The notes beneath the pieces were generated by a model. It made no database searches and had not been told where the DNA came from. It was given only the letters and a program-made list of their open reading frames with translations. A program made the translations under genes and the position numbers. Of a stretch of 40,620 nucleotides of DNA, positions 1 to 8,399 are shown one piece after another. How positions within the stretch are numbered: position 1 is the stretch's first letter; each line of letters starts with the position of its first letter. Origin of the DNA: an uncultured Marixanthomonas sp. (GTDB taxonomy: Bacteria; Bacteroidota; Bacteroidia; Flavobacteriales; Flavobacteriaceae); NCBI GenBank assembly GCA_913057965.1, contig CAJXPE010000001.1:1-40620 (forward strand), read 5' to 3'.

Positions 1-46
1 AGATGTAGAGAGGTCTCGTGGGCTCGGAGATGTGTATAAGAGACAG
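1..46 (+). other. Illumina Nextera i7-side adapter contamination (P7 tail AGAT, index GTAGAGAG, Read-2 adapter with Tn5 mosaic end)
   Basis: GTCTCGTGGGCTCGGAGATGTGTATAAGAGACAG at 13-46 is the Nextera Read-2 adapter. Mosaic end AGATGTGTATAAGAGACAG is at 28-46. GTAGAGAG at 5-12 matches the N707 index as I recall it. Confidence 0.99.
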
Positions 47-272
47 ATATAACATGAGTCCACAATTAGGATTAGATTGTTTGCAAGCCTATATAAAAAA
101 CCATTCAGTACGGGATGGGGTGCCCAAAGATTGGGCTTATTACAGAATCGCACAGATTTATAAAAATTTAGGCGATAAAAACGATGCGCTCAACTGGATA
201 AACAAAGCACTTTCCAGTCGTTCCGATTTTGAAGAGGCCGAAGAGGAAAAGGAGCAAATCCTTTCTATGTAG
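47..272 (+). CDS. 5'-truncated tetratricopeptide-repeat (TPR) protein, C-terminal fragment
   Basis: ORF 18..272 begins with the adapter-derived peptide [10 protein letters not shown]. The genomic part has a TPR-like helix pair WAYYRIAQIYKNLGDKNDALNWINKALS. Confidence 0.75.
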
Positions 273-290
273 GTTAAATTTTATTTTCAT

Positions 291-318
291 AATTCTGAAT
301 TCCCAATTCTAAATTCTT
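291..318. repeat. Degenerate heptamer tandem repeat (AATTCNN)x4
   Basis: aattctg-aattccc-aattcta-aattctt in the intergenic region before the Mur ligase. Confidence 0.6.
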
Positions 319-344
319 AACCCTATCTTTACAAAAAACTCGAT

Positions 345-1700
345 ATGCGCGTACATTTTATAGCCATTGGGGGTAGTGCTATGCACAATCTAGCTTTGGC
401 ACTCCACGAAAAAGGAGATCACGTAACTGGTAGTGATGATGAGGTTTTCGACCCTTCAAAAAGCAGGTTAGCAGCAAAAGGATTATTACCTCAAGAATTT
501 GGGTGGTTTCCCGAAAAAATTACTTCAGAGCTAGATGCCGTTATTTTAGGGATGCATGCCAAAAAGGACAACCCAGAATTATTAAAAGCCGAAGAGTTAG
601 GACTAAAAATATATTCTTACCCAGAGTTTTTATTCGAACAGTCCAAGCATAAAACCCGAGTAGTAATTGGGGGTTCTCACGGAAAAACAACGATTACTTC
701 TATGATTTTGCACGTCATGCATTATCATAACAAAGAAGTAGATTACATGGTAGGTGCCCAATTGGAAGGGTTTGATACGATGGTTCATCTTACTGAAGAA
801 AATGATTTTATTGTATTAGAAGGAGATGAATATTTATCTTCACCCATCGACCGAAGACCAAAATTTCATTTATACCAGCCAAATATTGCCTTATTAAGTG
901 GAATCGCGTGGGACCACATCAATGTATTTCCAACGTATGAAAACTACGTAGAACAATTTGAAATATTCTTGAAACAAATTACCAATGGTGGAGCGATTAT
1001 TTACAATGAAGAGGATGCTGAAGTAAAAAAAGTAGTAGAAGCTACCGAAAACCCAATAAAAAAATATCCCTATCAAACCCCAGAATATATGGTAGAGGAT
1101 GGAGAAACATTATTAGAAACACCCGAAGGCCCCATGCCAATAGAGGTGTTTGGTAAGCATAACTTAAACAACCTTGAAGGTGCTCGGTGGATCTGCCAAT
1201 TAATGGGTGTAGATGCCGATGGTTTTTATGAAGCCATTGCCACGTTTAAAGGAGCCAGTAAACGATTGGAAAAAATAGCTGAAACTAAAACAGCTGTTGC
1301 TTTTAAAGATTATGCGCACTCTCCTAGTAAAGTAAAAGCGACCACGCAGGCGGTAAAAAATCAATATCCAGATAAAAAATTGGTAGCTTGTTTAGAGTTA
1401 CATACGTATAGTAGCTTGAACCCTGAGTTTTTATCGGAATACAAAGGTTCTTTAGATGCAGCCGATGCAGCCGTGGTATTTTATTCACCCCATGCAGTGA
1501 TGATTAAACAGCTGGAAGAAATTAAGGCCGAACAGATAGAAGAGGCATTTCAACGGGAGGATTTAATGATTTTTACCAATCCGGCCGATTTTAAAACCTT
1601 TTTGTATTCTGAAGATTATGAAAATACTGCTTTGTTGTTGATGAGCAGCGGAAATTACGGCGGGTTGGATTTTGATGCCATAAAAGGGTATTTGAAATAA
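345..1700 (+). CDS. mpl: Mur ligase family protein, Mpl-like murein peptide ligase (MurC/Mpl family)
   Basis: N-terminal HFIAIGGSAMHNLA, P-loop GSHGKTT, EGDEY, WDH and DYAHSP motifs. Standalone position outside the dcw cluster favours Mpl over MurC. Confidence 0.75.
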   Translation: MRVHFIAIGGSAMHNLALALHEKGDHVTGSDDEVFDPSKSRLAAKGLLPQEFGWFPEKITSELDAVILGMHAKKDNPELLKAEELGLKIYSYPEFLFEQSKHKTRVVIGGSHGKTTITSMILHVMHYHNKEVDYMVGAQLEGFDTMVHLTEENDFIVLEGDEYLSSPIDRRPKFHLYQPNIALLSGIAWDHINVFPTYENYVEQFEIFLKQITNGGAIIYNEEDAEVKKVVEATENPIKKYPYQTPEYMVEDGETLLETPEGPMPIEVFGKHNLNNLEGARWICQLMGVDADGFYEAIATFKGASKRLEKIAETKTAVAFKDYAHSPSKVKATTQAVKNQYPDKKLVACLELHTYSSLNPEFLSEYKGSLDAADAAVVFYSPHAVMIKQLEEIKAEQIEEAFQREDLMIFTNPADFKTFLYSEDYENTALLLMSSGNYGGLDFDAIKGYLK

Positions 1701-1701
1701 A

Positions 1702-2304
1702 TTACTTACTATATATAGTTTTAATAAATCCGGAGATAGATGCTTCGGATTTTTTTATAAGTGCCTGCTTGGCATGTTCTTGATCCACCTCACTTTTATC
1801 TTGCGACAATTTAAATTTTCCTTCCCAATTTGTGATTTCAATCTCAAAGGTTTGAATATAATTTACAAACTGTTCCATTTTTGGATTGTCTTTGTGCAAT
1901 ATAAACTTGTGGTCTGGTTTTTCTAAAAACTCGGTCATAGTGATCATACTTTGCTTTGCAGCTTCAGGATTGTTTAGCAACTGAACGTTTCCGGTAATGT
2001 GGACGATAATATAATTCCAAGTAGGCAATTGGTTTTCTGAAGTATAAACCGAAGGCGAAATATAACAATCAGGGCCTTTAAAAACCACGGTAACCGATGC
2101 ACCATTCTGTAACGTTTCCAATTGTGGATTGCTTTTATCAATATGTGCAACCAAACGACCCGTTTTATTATTATAGATAAAGGGTATATGTGTTAAGAAT
2201 GGCTTGTTGTCTTTCACAGAAACTAACATACCAAGTGGATACTGTTTGATTACAGCAATCATTTTATCAATATCGTCAACTTGATGATGTGGGGGTGGGT
2301 ACAT
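1702..2304 (-). CDS. PaiB-family FMN-binding split-barrel protein ('FMN-binding negative transcriptional regulator')
   Basis: MYPP N-terminus, YISPSVY...PTWNY and GKFKLSQDK motifs typical of the PaiB family. Confidence 0.85.
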   Translation of the reverse strand: MYPPPHHQVDDIDKMIAVIKQYPLGMLVSVKDNKPFLTHIPFIYNNKTGRLVAHIDKSNPQLETLQNGASVTVVFKGPDCYISPSVYTSENQLPTWNYIIVHITGNVQLLNNPEAAKQSMITMTEFLEKPDHKFILHKDNPKMEQFVNYIQTFEIEITNWEGKFKLSQDKSEVDQEHAKQALIKKSEASISGFIKTIYSK

Positions 2305-2359
2305 TTTTAAATAATTAAAGTGTAATATTATTTGCTAAAACTACAAGTTTATTCGTTTG

Positions 2360-2809
2360 TTAAACACCAAACTGTTTTAAATGGTGGTTTAAATGTTTAT
2401 ACTGCATTTTTCCCCATTGTTCATTTGTAAATTTTCCAAAAATGGGATGCGGTGGCAAAGTTACACTTTCGTCTTTTTTATTAAATTCTTCAAGGAGTGA
2501 AATCAATTGTATTTTTTCCTTTTCAAAATCTTTGGTGTCGGTTACTATAAATTCTTTTGCAGTGGGCAAATTCTGTTTCCAAGGCTTATCGTTGTACAGC
2601 ATTCCTTTAAATGATTTCATTAACAACCCCATAAAAAAATTCGGTTTTTTTACGGTGGTTTTTTGAAGCGCAACTTCAAGAGGTTTTTGACAATGATGCA
2701 TCATTTGTGCCGCATTCATTTTCCCCCATTCAGGCGTTTTGTTTGGATCTACTTGAGCTATTCGTTTTTGAATTTGTGAATATGCTTCAGAAGAAAATAG
2801 AGATTTCAT
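2360..2809 (-). CDS. DUF1569 / DinB-superfamily protein
   Basis: WGKMNAAQMMHHC, HPIFGK and KHLNHHLKQFGV motifs. Confidence 0.85.
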   Translation of the reverse strand: MKSLFSSEAYSQIQKRIAQVDPNKTPEWGKMNAAQMMHHCQKPLEVALQKTTVKKPNFFMGLLMKSFKGMLYNDKPWKQNLPTAKEFIVTDTKDFEKEKIQLISLLEEFNKKDESVTLPPHPIFGKFTNEQWGKMQYKHLNHHLKQFGV

Positions 2810-2847
2810 ACCGTTTCTAGTTGGATTTTGAGACTTGAAATTTTCAG

Positions 2848-2873
2848 TTTAAAGATACATTATTATCTTTAAA
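2848..2873. promoter_or_regulatory. Perfect 10-6-10 inverted repeat between divergent DUF1569 and radC genes (back-to-back TATCTTTA -7-like boxes or operator)
   Basis: TTTAAAGATA-cattat-TATCTTTAAA. Each arm contains TATCTTTA, one mismatch from the Bacteroidota -7 consensus TAnnTTTG. Confidence 0.55.
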
Positions 2874-2889
2874 GGTTTAAGCTATCTAT

Positions 2890-3588
2890 TTGAGTAAAAA
2901 ACCAACATCTTTTTCAATTAAAAATTGGAGTGAAGACGATCGCCCTCGTGAAAAATTACTTCAGAAAGGCAGAACAGCGTTAAGTGATGCGGAACTGATT
3001 GCGATTTTAATTAGTAGCGGTAGTCGTGAGGAAAGTGCCGTTTCGTTAAGCCAACGAATTTTAGCTTCAGCAGAAAACAATTTAAACCAATTGGGGAAGC
3101 TTACAATAAAGGATTTAATGCAGTTTAAAGGAATTGGCGAAGCAAAAGCAATAACGATTGCAGCAGCTTTAGAGTTGGGTAGAAGGCGAAGAGCAGGGGA
3201 AGCATTAAACCGAAAAAAAATAAGCTCTAGCCAATCAGTTTTTGAATTGATGCAACCTATATTGGGCGAGTTGCCACATGAAGAGTTTTGGATTGTTTAT
3301 TTAAACAACTCTAACAAGGTGTTACAAACGTCACAACTAAGTAAAGGTGGAATTACGGGCACTTTGGTAGATGTACGTCTAGCTTTTAAAAATGCATTAC
3401 AATTGGGTGCAGTGGCTATAATTTTGGCACATAATCATCCTTCTGGGACATTAAAACCGAGTCAGCCAGATATTAAACTCACACAAAAACTGAAAACAGC
3501 AGGGGAAAGTCTGGATATTAAAGTGCTGGACCACCTTATAATAACTGAAAAAGCGTATTTTAGCTTCGCTGACGAATCTATGATGTAA
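2890..3588 (+). CDS. radC: RadC family JAB-domain protein (TTG start)
   Basis: DRPREKL, HhH motif KGIGEAKA, JAB motif AHNHPSG and LDH. Confidence 0.95.
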   Translation: MSKKPTSFSIKNWSEDDRPREKLLQKGRTALSDAELIAILISSGSREESAVSLSQRILASAENNLNQLGKLTIKDLMQFKGIGEAKAITIAAALELGRRRRAGEALNRKKISSSQSVFELMQPILGELPHEEFWIVYLNNSNKVLQTSQLSKGGITGTLVDVRLAFKNALQLGAVAIILAHNHPSGTLKPSQPDIKLTQKLKTAGESLDIKVLDHLIITEKAYFSFADESMM

Positions 3589-3594
3589 CTGTCT

Positions 3595-4884
3595 ATGCTA
3601 TTAATTTACACTCAAAAACTTACTCCGAGAATAACATATATTTTTAAGCATGTCTGTACCCGTATTTTAGGGATGGATGTGACTTTTACATCGGTTATCG
3701 AAGAGTTGATTGCTCATAATGGACCCAAGCTTTCCTACGGAAAACAACCTATGGGAAATGAACTTTTTTTACAAAGCCAGGGTTTACTCACCGAGCAAGG
3801 AGTTGAGAGTATTGATATAAGTATAAAACCTTGGGAAGAAACTATTGGTTTTTTTCCGGTTTCAGAAAAAAGTGCGCTTCCATTCGATATATTTTCGGCA
3901 GGGTTTTATTTGTTGAGTCGATATGAAGAGTACTTACCCCATGTAAAAGATGAAAGAGGACGTTATCCGGTTTCTGAAAGTTTAGGGTACAAAGAAAAGT
4001 TTTTGCAACAACCGGTAGTTGATATCTGGGCCTATAAATTTAAAGAAATAGTACAGCGACAATTTCCAGATATTACTTTTCCAGATAAAAAGATGCAGGT
4101 GCATCCAGTTATTAAAGCTGTAGAGCCTTTTGCCTATCAACAGAAAGGTTTTTTTAGGTTATTTATTGGATATACGAGTGATTTTTTTAAATTCAAAATA
4201 CTACAAATAACCCGTCGAACGCAAGTTATTTTGGGGGTTAGAAGAGATCCGCATAATACATTTAAATGGATTATAAACCGAGCAAAGCGAAGTAAAAATA
4301 ATCTTTCCGTTTTCTTTTTATTGGGGGAAGCTGCAACTTTTAAAGAGAGTTTAAATACCCACCGGCAAAAATTTAAAATGCTTATAAAATATGTAAACGA
4401 CTATAAGGAAGTAGGGTTGTTGTTTTCATTTAACTCATTAACACAACATACGTTATTGAAGAAAGAAAAAAAGCGGCTTGAAGAAATTATCAACCGAAGT
4501 TTGTCAAGCATTATGGGTTCGCATTACTTAGTAAACCTTCCTGACTTTTATAGGGATTTAGTGGAGTTAGAAATTAAGAAAGATTTTACCATGATCTATA
4601 AAAACGAAGTTGGTTTCAGGGCAGGCACGTGTACTCCTTTTCTTTTTTACGATTTAGATTACGAAATAAAAACACCATTGATTATCCACCCATTGGCAAT
4701 GGCTTCCACCGCTTTTGCCGATAAAAGTGAAATGGAAATTAAAAAAGCCATCGAAGCTGTTATGTATTCTGTGCATAAAGTAAATGGTACATTTTCAATG
4801 ATTTTTAGTAACACAGACTTTTCTCCGGAAAAAAATAAATTTTGGAAAAAAATCTTCTCAGAAAAAATGTTTCAGAATGACTAA
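3595..4884 (+). CDS. Polysaccharide-deacetylase-fold protein with Bacteroidota N-terminal domain (DUF7033-like), possibly non-catalytic
   Basis: FDIFSAGFYLLSRYEEY, P-V-V-D and GFRAGTCTPF motifs of this Bacteroidota family. Confidence 0.7.
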   Translation: MLLIYTQKLTPRITYIFKHVCTRILGMDVTFTSVIEELIAHNGPKLSYGKQPMGNELFLQSQGLLTEQGVESIDISIKPWEETIGFFPVSEKSALPFDIFSAGFYLLSRYEEYLPHVKDERGRYPVSESLGYKEKFLQQPVVDIWAYKFKEIVQRQFPDITFPDKKMQVHPVIKAVEPFAYQQKGFFRLFIGYTSDFFKFKILQITRRTQVILGVRRDPHNTFKWIINRAKRSKNNLSVFFLLGEAATFKESLNTHRQKFKMLIKYVNDYKEVGLLFSFNSLTQHTLLKKEKKRLEEIINRSLSSIMGSHYLVNLPDFYRDLVELEIKKDFTMIYKNEVGFRAGTCTPFLFYDLDYEIKTPLIIHPLAMASTAFADKSEMEIKKAIEAVMYSVHKVNGTFSMIFSNTDFSPEKNKFWKKIFSEKMFQND

Positions 4885-5560
4885 ACTTACCGATGTCTTT
4901 TTCGATTTAGACCACACCCTTTGGGATTTTGATAAAAACTCCTCTCTTGCTTTTAAACGGGTGTTTAAAAATCATAAAATAGCAATTGATGTTGCACTTT
5001 TTTTGAAAGAATATGAACCCATCAATTTCGAATATTGGAAACTTTTTAGAGAAGATAAAGTAACCAAGCAACAATTGCGAAGAGGTAGGTTAATTGATGC
5101 GTTTAAGGCTTTTAATATAACTTACCCTGTTCTTGAAATTGATGCTTTGGCAAAATCCTATATCGATGAATTACCCGTTGACAACCACTTGTTTGATGGT
5201 GCGACAGATGTATTAGAGTATTTGTCAAAAAAATACTCCCTTCATATAATAACCAATGGGTTTCATGAAGTACAGCACCTCAAGTTAAAAAAGAGTGGGA
5301 TTTATAATTACTTTAAAACCGTTACTACTTCTGAGGAAGTAGGGGTGAAGAAACCCAATCCTGTTATTTTTAAAAAAGCATTACAAAAAGCATCGGCAAG
5401 TCCTGAAAGTAGTCTTATGATTGGCGATTCATTTGAAGCTGATATACTAGGGGCAAAGGCAATAAAAATGCAAACCTTGTATTATAATTATAGAAAGACG
5501 AAACCTGTTGACAATCAACTTTTTGTTGACAATCTTTTTGAAATTAAAAAGCTTATTTAG
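4877..5560 (+). CDS. yjjG: YjjG-family HAD noncanonical pyrimidine nucleotidase
   Basis: HAD motifs FFDLDHTLWDF, ITNG, KP and IGDSFEADILGA. Confidence 0.9.
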   Translation: MTKLTDVFFDLDHTLWDFDKNSSLAFKRVFKNHKIAIDVALFLKEYEPINFEYWKLFREDKVTKQQLRRGRLIDAFKAFNITYPVLEIDALAKSYIDELPVDNHLFDGATDVLEYLSKKYSLHIITNGFHEVQHLKLKKSGIYNYFKTVTTSEEVGVKKPNPVIFKKALQKASASPESSLMIGDSFEADILGAKAIKMQTLYYNYRKTKPVDNQLFVDNLFEIKKLI

Positions 5561-5606
5561 TGAAATATTTGATTTTTAAGTCCGTTATTACTAAAACACC
5601 CCAAAA

Positions 5607-6152
5607 ATGAAAACAAACCTATCAGTGCCATTATTGGTGATTTTGGTGTCTATACTTTTAACCGCTTGTGTAAAAGATACTGATTTTGATGAAGCAGATA
5701 ATATTGCACTTACGCCAGTAGTTGAATTAGACTTAATCTACTTTATCCTTACAGCAAATGATTTTTTCGACGCTGACACTTCAAACCCCAGATTGACGGT
5801 AAGTGATACAACTGAACTTCCTTTTTTAGAAGAAAGTTTCGCTCAAGAGAATTTAAAAAGAGCAGACTTTTTTTTCAAATTTACAAATAGTATTCCTAGA
5901 AATTTTGATATTAATTTTCAATTTTTAAATCCTGATAATACAGAAACCTACAGTACACAGACAAGCGTAAGTCAAGGGACACCACAGAATCCAGTGCCTA
6001 CAGATTTTTCAGAAATTGTAGAAGGAGAAGACCTTACTGAATTAACAAAAGCATCAAAAGTAGTGGTTACGGTAACGATCGAGTCCTCTAATGAAAACTT
6101 GGAAGGAGAACTAAACTTAAAATCTAAAACCACTTATTACTTAGAGCTATAA
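5607..6152 (+). CDS. Hypothetical outer-membrane lipoprotein
   Basis: Signal peptide II ending LTA-C, followed by acidic VKDTDFDE resembling the Bacteroidota lipoprotein export signal. Confidence 0.75.
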   Translation: MKTNLSVPLLVILVSILLTACVKDTDFDEADNIALTPVVELDLIYFILTANDFFDADTSNPRLTVSDTTELPFLEESFAQENLKRADFFFKFTNSIPRNFDINFQFLNPDNTETYSTQTSVSQGTPQNPVPTDFSEIVEGEDLTELTKASKVVVTVTIESSNENLEGELNLKSKTTYYLEL

Positions 6153-6153
6153 T

Positions 6154-7569
6154 ATGAAAAATATTTTATTGTGTTTTATTGCTCTTTGGGTAGGCGATTT
6201 ATTTTCACAAAATAAAGAAGTCCTGTATGGTTTAGAAGAAGTGCCTCAAAATCTATTACTGAACCCTGGGAGCAAAGTGCCACAGAAGTTTCATTTCGGA
6301 ATTCCGTTTTTATCTCAAATTCATATAAATGGTGGGGCATCGGGTGTTTCGGTATATGATATATTTCAGGAATCCAGTACCGATATTAATAGTCGTATAC
6401 GTGACAAGATTTTTGAAATGGATGCTAAGGATTTTTTCACCATTAACGAGCAACTTCATATTATAGATTTTGGGTGGCTTGCTAAAAATGAAATATACTT
6501 TTCGGGAGGGATATATCAAGAGCTTGATTTTATTAGCTATTTCCCTAAAGATTTAGCAATTCTCGCTTGGGAGGGAAACCAGCAGTATTTAGGGTATGAT
6601 TTTGATTTGGGTGAAGTAAGCACCACAGGTGAACTGTTAACCGTGTTTCATTTTGGTGCAAATAAAAAACTAAATGAGAACCTTACGGTTGGAGTACGAG
6701 GTAAGATTTACTCTAGTGCATTGCAATTTCAAAGTAAAAACAACACGGGAACCTTTACAACGCGTGAGACTACAGACGGAATTAATATCTATGAACACGA
6801 ATTACGAGATATTGATGTTTCGGTACAAACATCTGGGTATACTTCTTTACGAGATGCCGATGGAAGCTCTGAAGTAATAAGTGAAATAGTGGGTCGTTCG
6901 CTTTTTGGAGGAAATTTAGGAATAGGAATCGACCTTGGAGCTACCTATGATATTGGAAGAAACTGGACTGTTAGTGGAAGTTTACTTGATTTAGGGGCTG
7001 TTTTTCATACCAACGCTGTCGAAAATTATGAGTCTAAAGGAAACTACACAGTCAATGGTATTGAACTGATTTTTCCTCCAATAGAAGGTGGAGAACCAAC
7101 GATACCATACTTTTCTAATATAGAAGACGAATTTGAAAGAGAAGTTGGTATTGACACGCTTAATACGAGTTATACGCAGTTGCGTCCCTTAAAAGTTAAT
7201 GGAGCTATAAAATATCGTTTTGGTAGAAGGGTAGGAGCCGGTGACGATTGTGACTGTTATAATATGGGTGGAGCTATAGAGACCAATCAATCTGTTGGAG
7301 TGCAGGTGTTCAGTGTTTTTAGGCCAAAGGGACCACAATTGGCCGGAACCTTATTTTATTACCGCCGTTTGTGGCAATTTCTATCAACAAAAGCAACTTA
7401 TACAATTGATCCTTATTCTAAATCAAATGTAGGATTAGGGCTCGTTGCCGATATTGGTAAATTTAATTTCTATATAGCCGCTAACAACCTCTTACGGTAT
7501 GGAAATATCGCTAAGGCGAAAAGCGTATCTTTACAACTCGGCTTCAACATAAAAATTAACGAACAATGA
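6154..7569 (+). CDS. DUF5723-family outer-membrane beta-barrel protein
   Basis: Signal peptide, PQNLLLNPG motif, GIGIDLGATY and a C-terminal amphipathic strand VSLQLGFNI. Confidence 0.75.
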   Translation: MKNILLCFIALWVGDLFSQNKEVLYGLEEVPQNLLLNPGSKVPQKFHFGIPFLSQIHINGGASGVSVYDIFQESSTDINSRIRDKIFEMDAKDFFTINEQLHIIDFGWLAKNEIYFSGGIYQELDFISYFPKDLAILAWEGNQQYLGYDFDLGEVSTTGELLTVFHFGANKKLNENLTVGVRGKIYSSALQFQSKNNTGTFTTRETTDGINIYEHELRDIDVSVQTSGYTSLRDADGSSEVISEIVGRSLFGGNLGIGIDLGATYDIGRNWTVSGSLLDLGAVFHTNAVENYESKGNYTVNGIELIFPPIEGGEPTIPYFSNIEDEFEREVGIDTLNTSYTQLRPLKVNGAIKYRFGRRVGAGDDCDCYNMGGAIETNQSVGVQVFSVFRPKGPQLAGTLFYYRRLWQFLSTKATYTIDPYSKSNVGLGLVADIGKFNFYIAANNLLRYGNIAKAKSVSLQLGFNIKINEQ

Positions 7570-8399
7570 TAAAATATCTTATTCTACCTTTTTTCTTTTT
7601 GCTTTGTATACCTTCAGTTGCACAAAAAACGATAAGTGATTATAGCTATGTAATAGTTCCGGATCAGTTTGAATTTTTAGAAGGAAAAGATAAATATCAA
7701 CTCAATTCACTTACCAAATATTTATTTAATAAGTACGGATTTAACGCTTACTTAAGTTCGGAAACTTTAAATGCCAAACGGTGTGATGGTCTGTATGCTG
7801 ATTTAAAAGAGAGCAATTCTTTTTTAAGAACCAAGTTGATGGTACTGCTTAAAGACTGTAATGGAAATATTGTGTTTACAGGCAAAGCGGGAGAAAGTAA
7901 GTATAAAGATTATAGAAAAGCCTATCAAGATGCCACAAGAAAAGCGTTTGCAGATGTTCGTTTATTAGGGGTTAATCAAAAAGAGGTTGTGTTAAAAGAA
8001 AAACAATCCCTTGCAGAAACGAATATAGCTGAAACCTCTAACACGCAAAAAGAAGTAGTTAATACCAACACGGCTGTTAAAGAAGAAGGTAGTACTAAAA
8101 CTGAAAGAAAATCAATTAAAAACGTTGCTGTAAGCAATCTGCCAAAAGCGAAGTTTTTAAATTATTCTAAAAATGAAGCTTCTTTTTTACTCCGTAAGAC
8201 CGATAAAGGATATTCTTTATATGAAGAATCTACTGAAGCAGAAAACGGATTGGCTTTAATGGGCACTATAGTAGTAGCCAATTCCGAAGTGAAATTTAAT
8301 AGCACCAAAGGCGAAGTATATGATGTCTATTTTGACGAAAACCAAAATTTATCCCTTTTTAAGGGAGAAACAGTGGAGTTGTATAAACTAATGCGTTAA
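7566..8399 (+). CDS. Hypothetical secreted protein
   Basis: Signal peptide, YVIVP..F.FL...DKYQLNSLTK.LF.KYGF N-terminal domain and a low-complexity linker. ATGA overlap with the upstream gene. Confidence 0.75.
   Translation: MIKYLILPFFFLLCIPSVAQKTISDYSYVIVPDQFEFLEGKDKYQLNSLTKYLFNKYGFNAYLSSETLNAKRCDGLYADLKESNSFLRTKLMVLLKDCNGNIVFTGKAGESKYKDYRKAYQDATRKAFADVRLLGVNQKEVVLKEKQSLAETNIAETSNTQKEVVNTNTAVKEEGSTKTERKSIKNVAVSNLPKAKFLNYSKNEASFLLRKTDKGYSLYEESTEAENGLALMGTIVVANSEVKFNSTKGEVYDVYFDENQNLSLFKGETVELYKLMR

Noticed and set aside
18-46. N-terminus [10 protein letters not shown] of the first ORF
   Set aside because: It is a translation of adapter sequence, not genomic.
2890-3588. radC as marker of a mobile or anti-defence island
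   Set aside because: It is the full-length chromosomal type with HhH domain in a housekeeping context, with no integrase or mobile genes nearby.
5506-5534. 11-bp direct repeat TGTTGACAATC at the end of yjjG
   Set aside because: Only two copies, in frame (VDN twice) within coding sequence. It is not CRISPR-like and is explainable as a small coding duplication.
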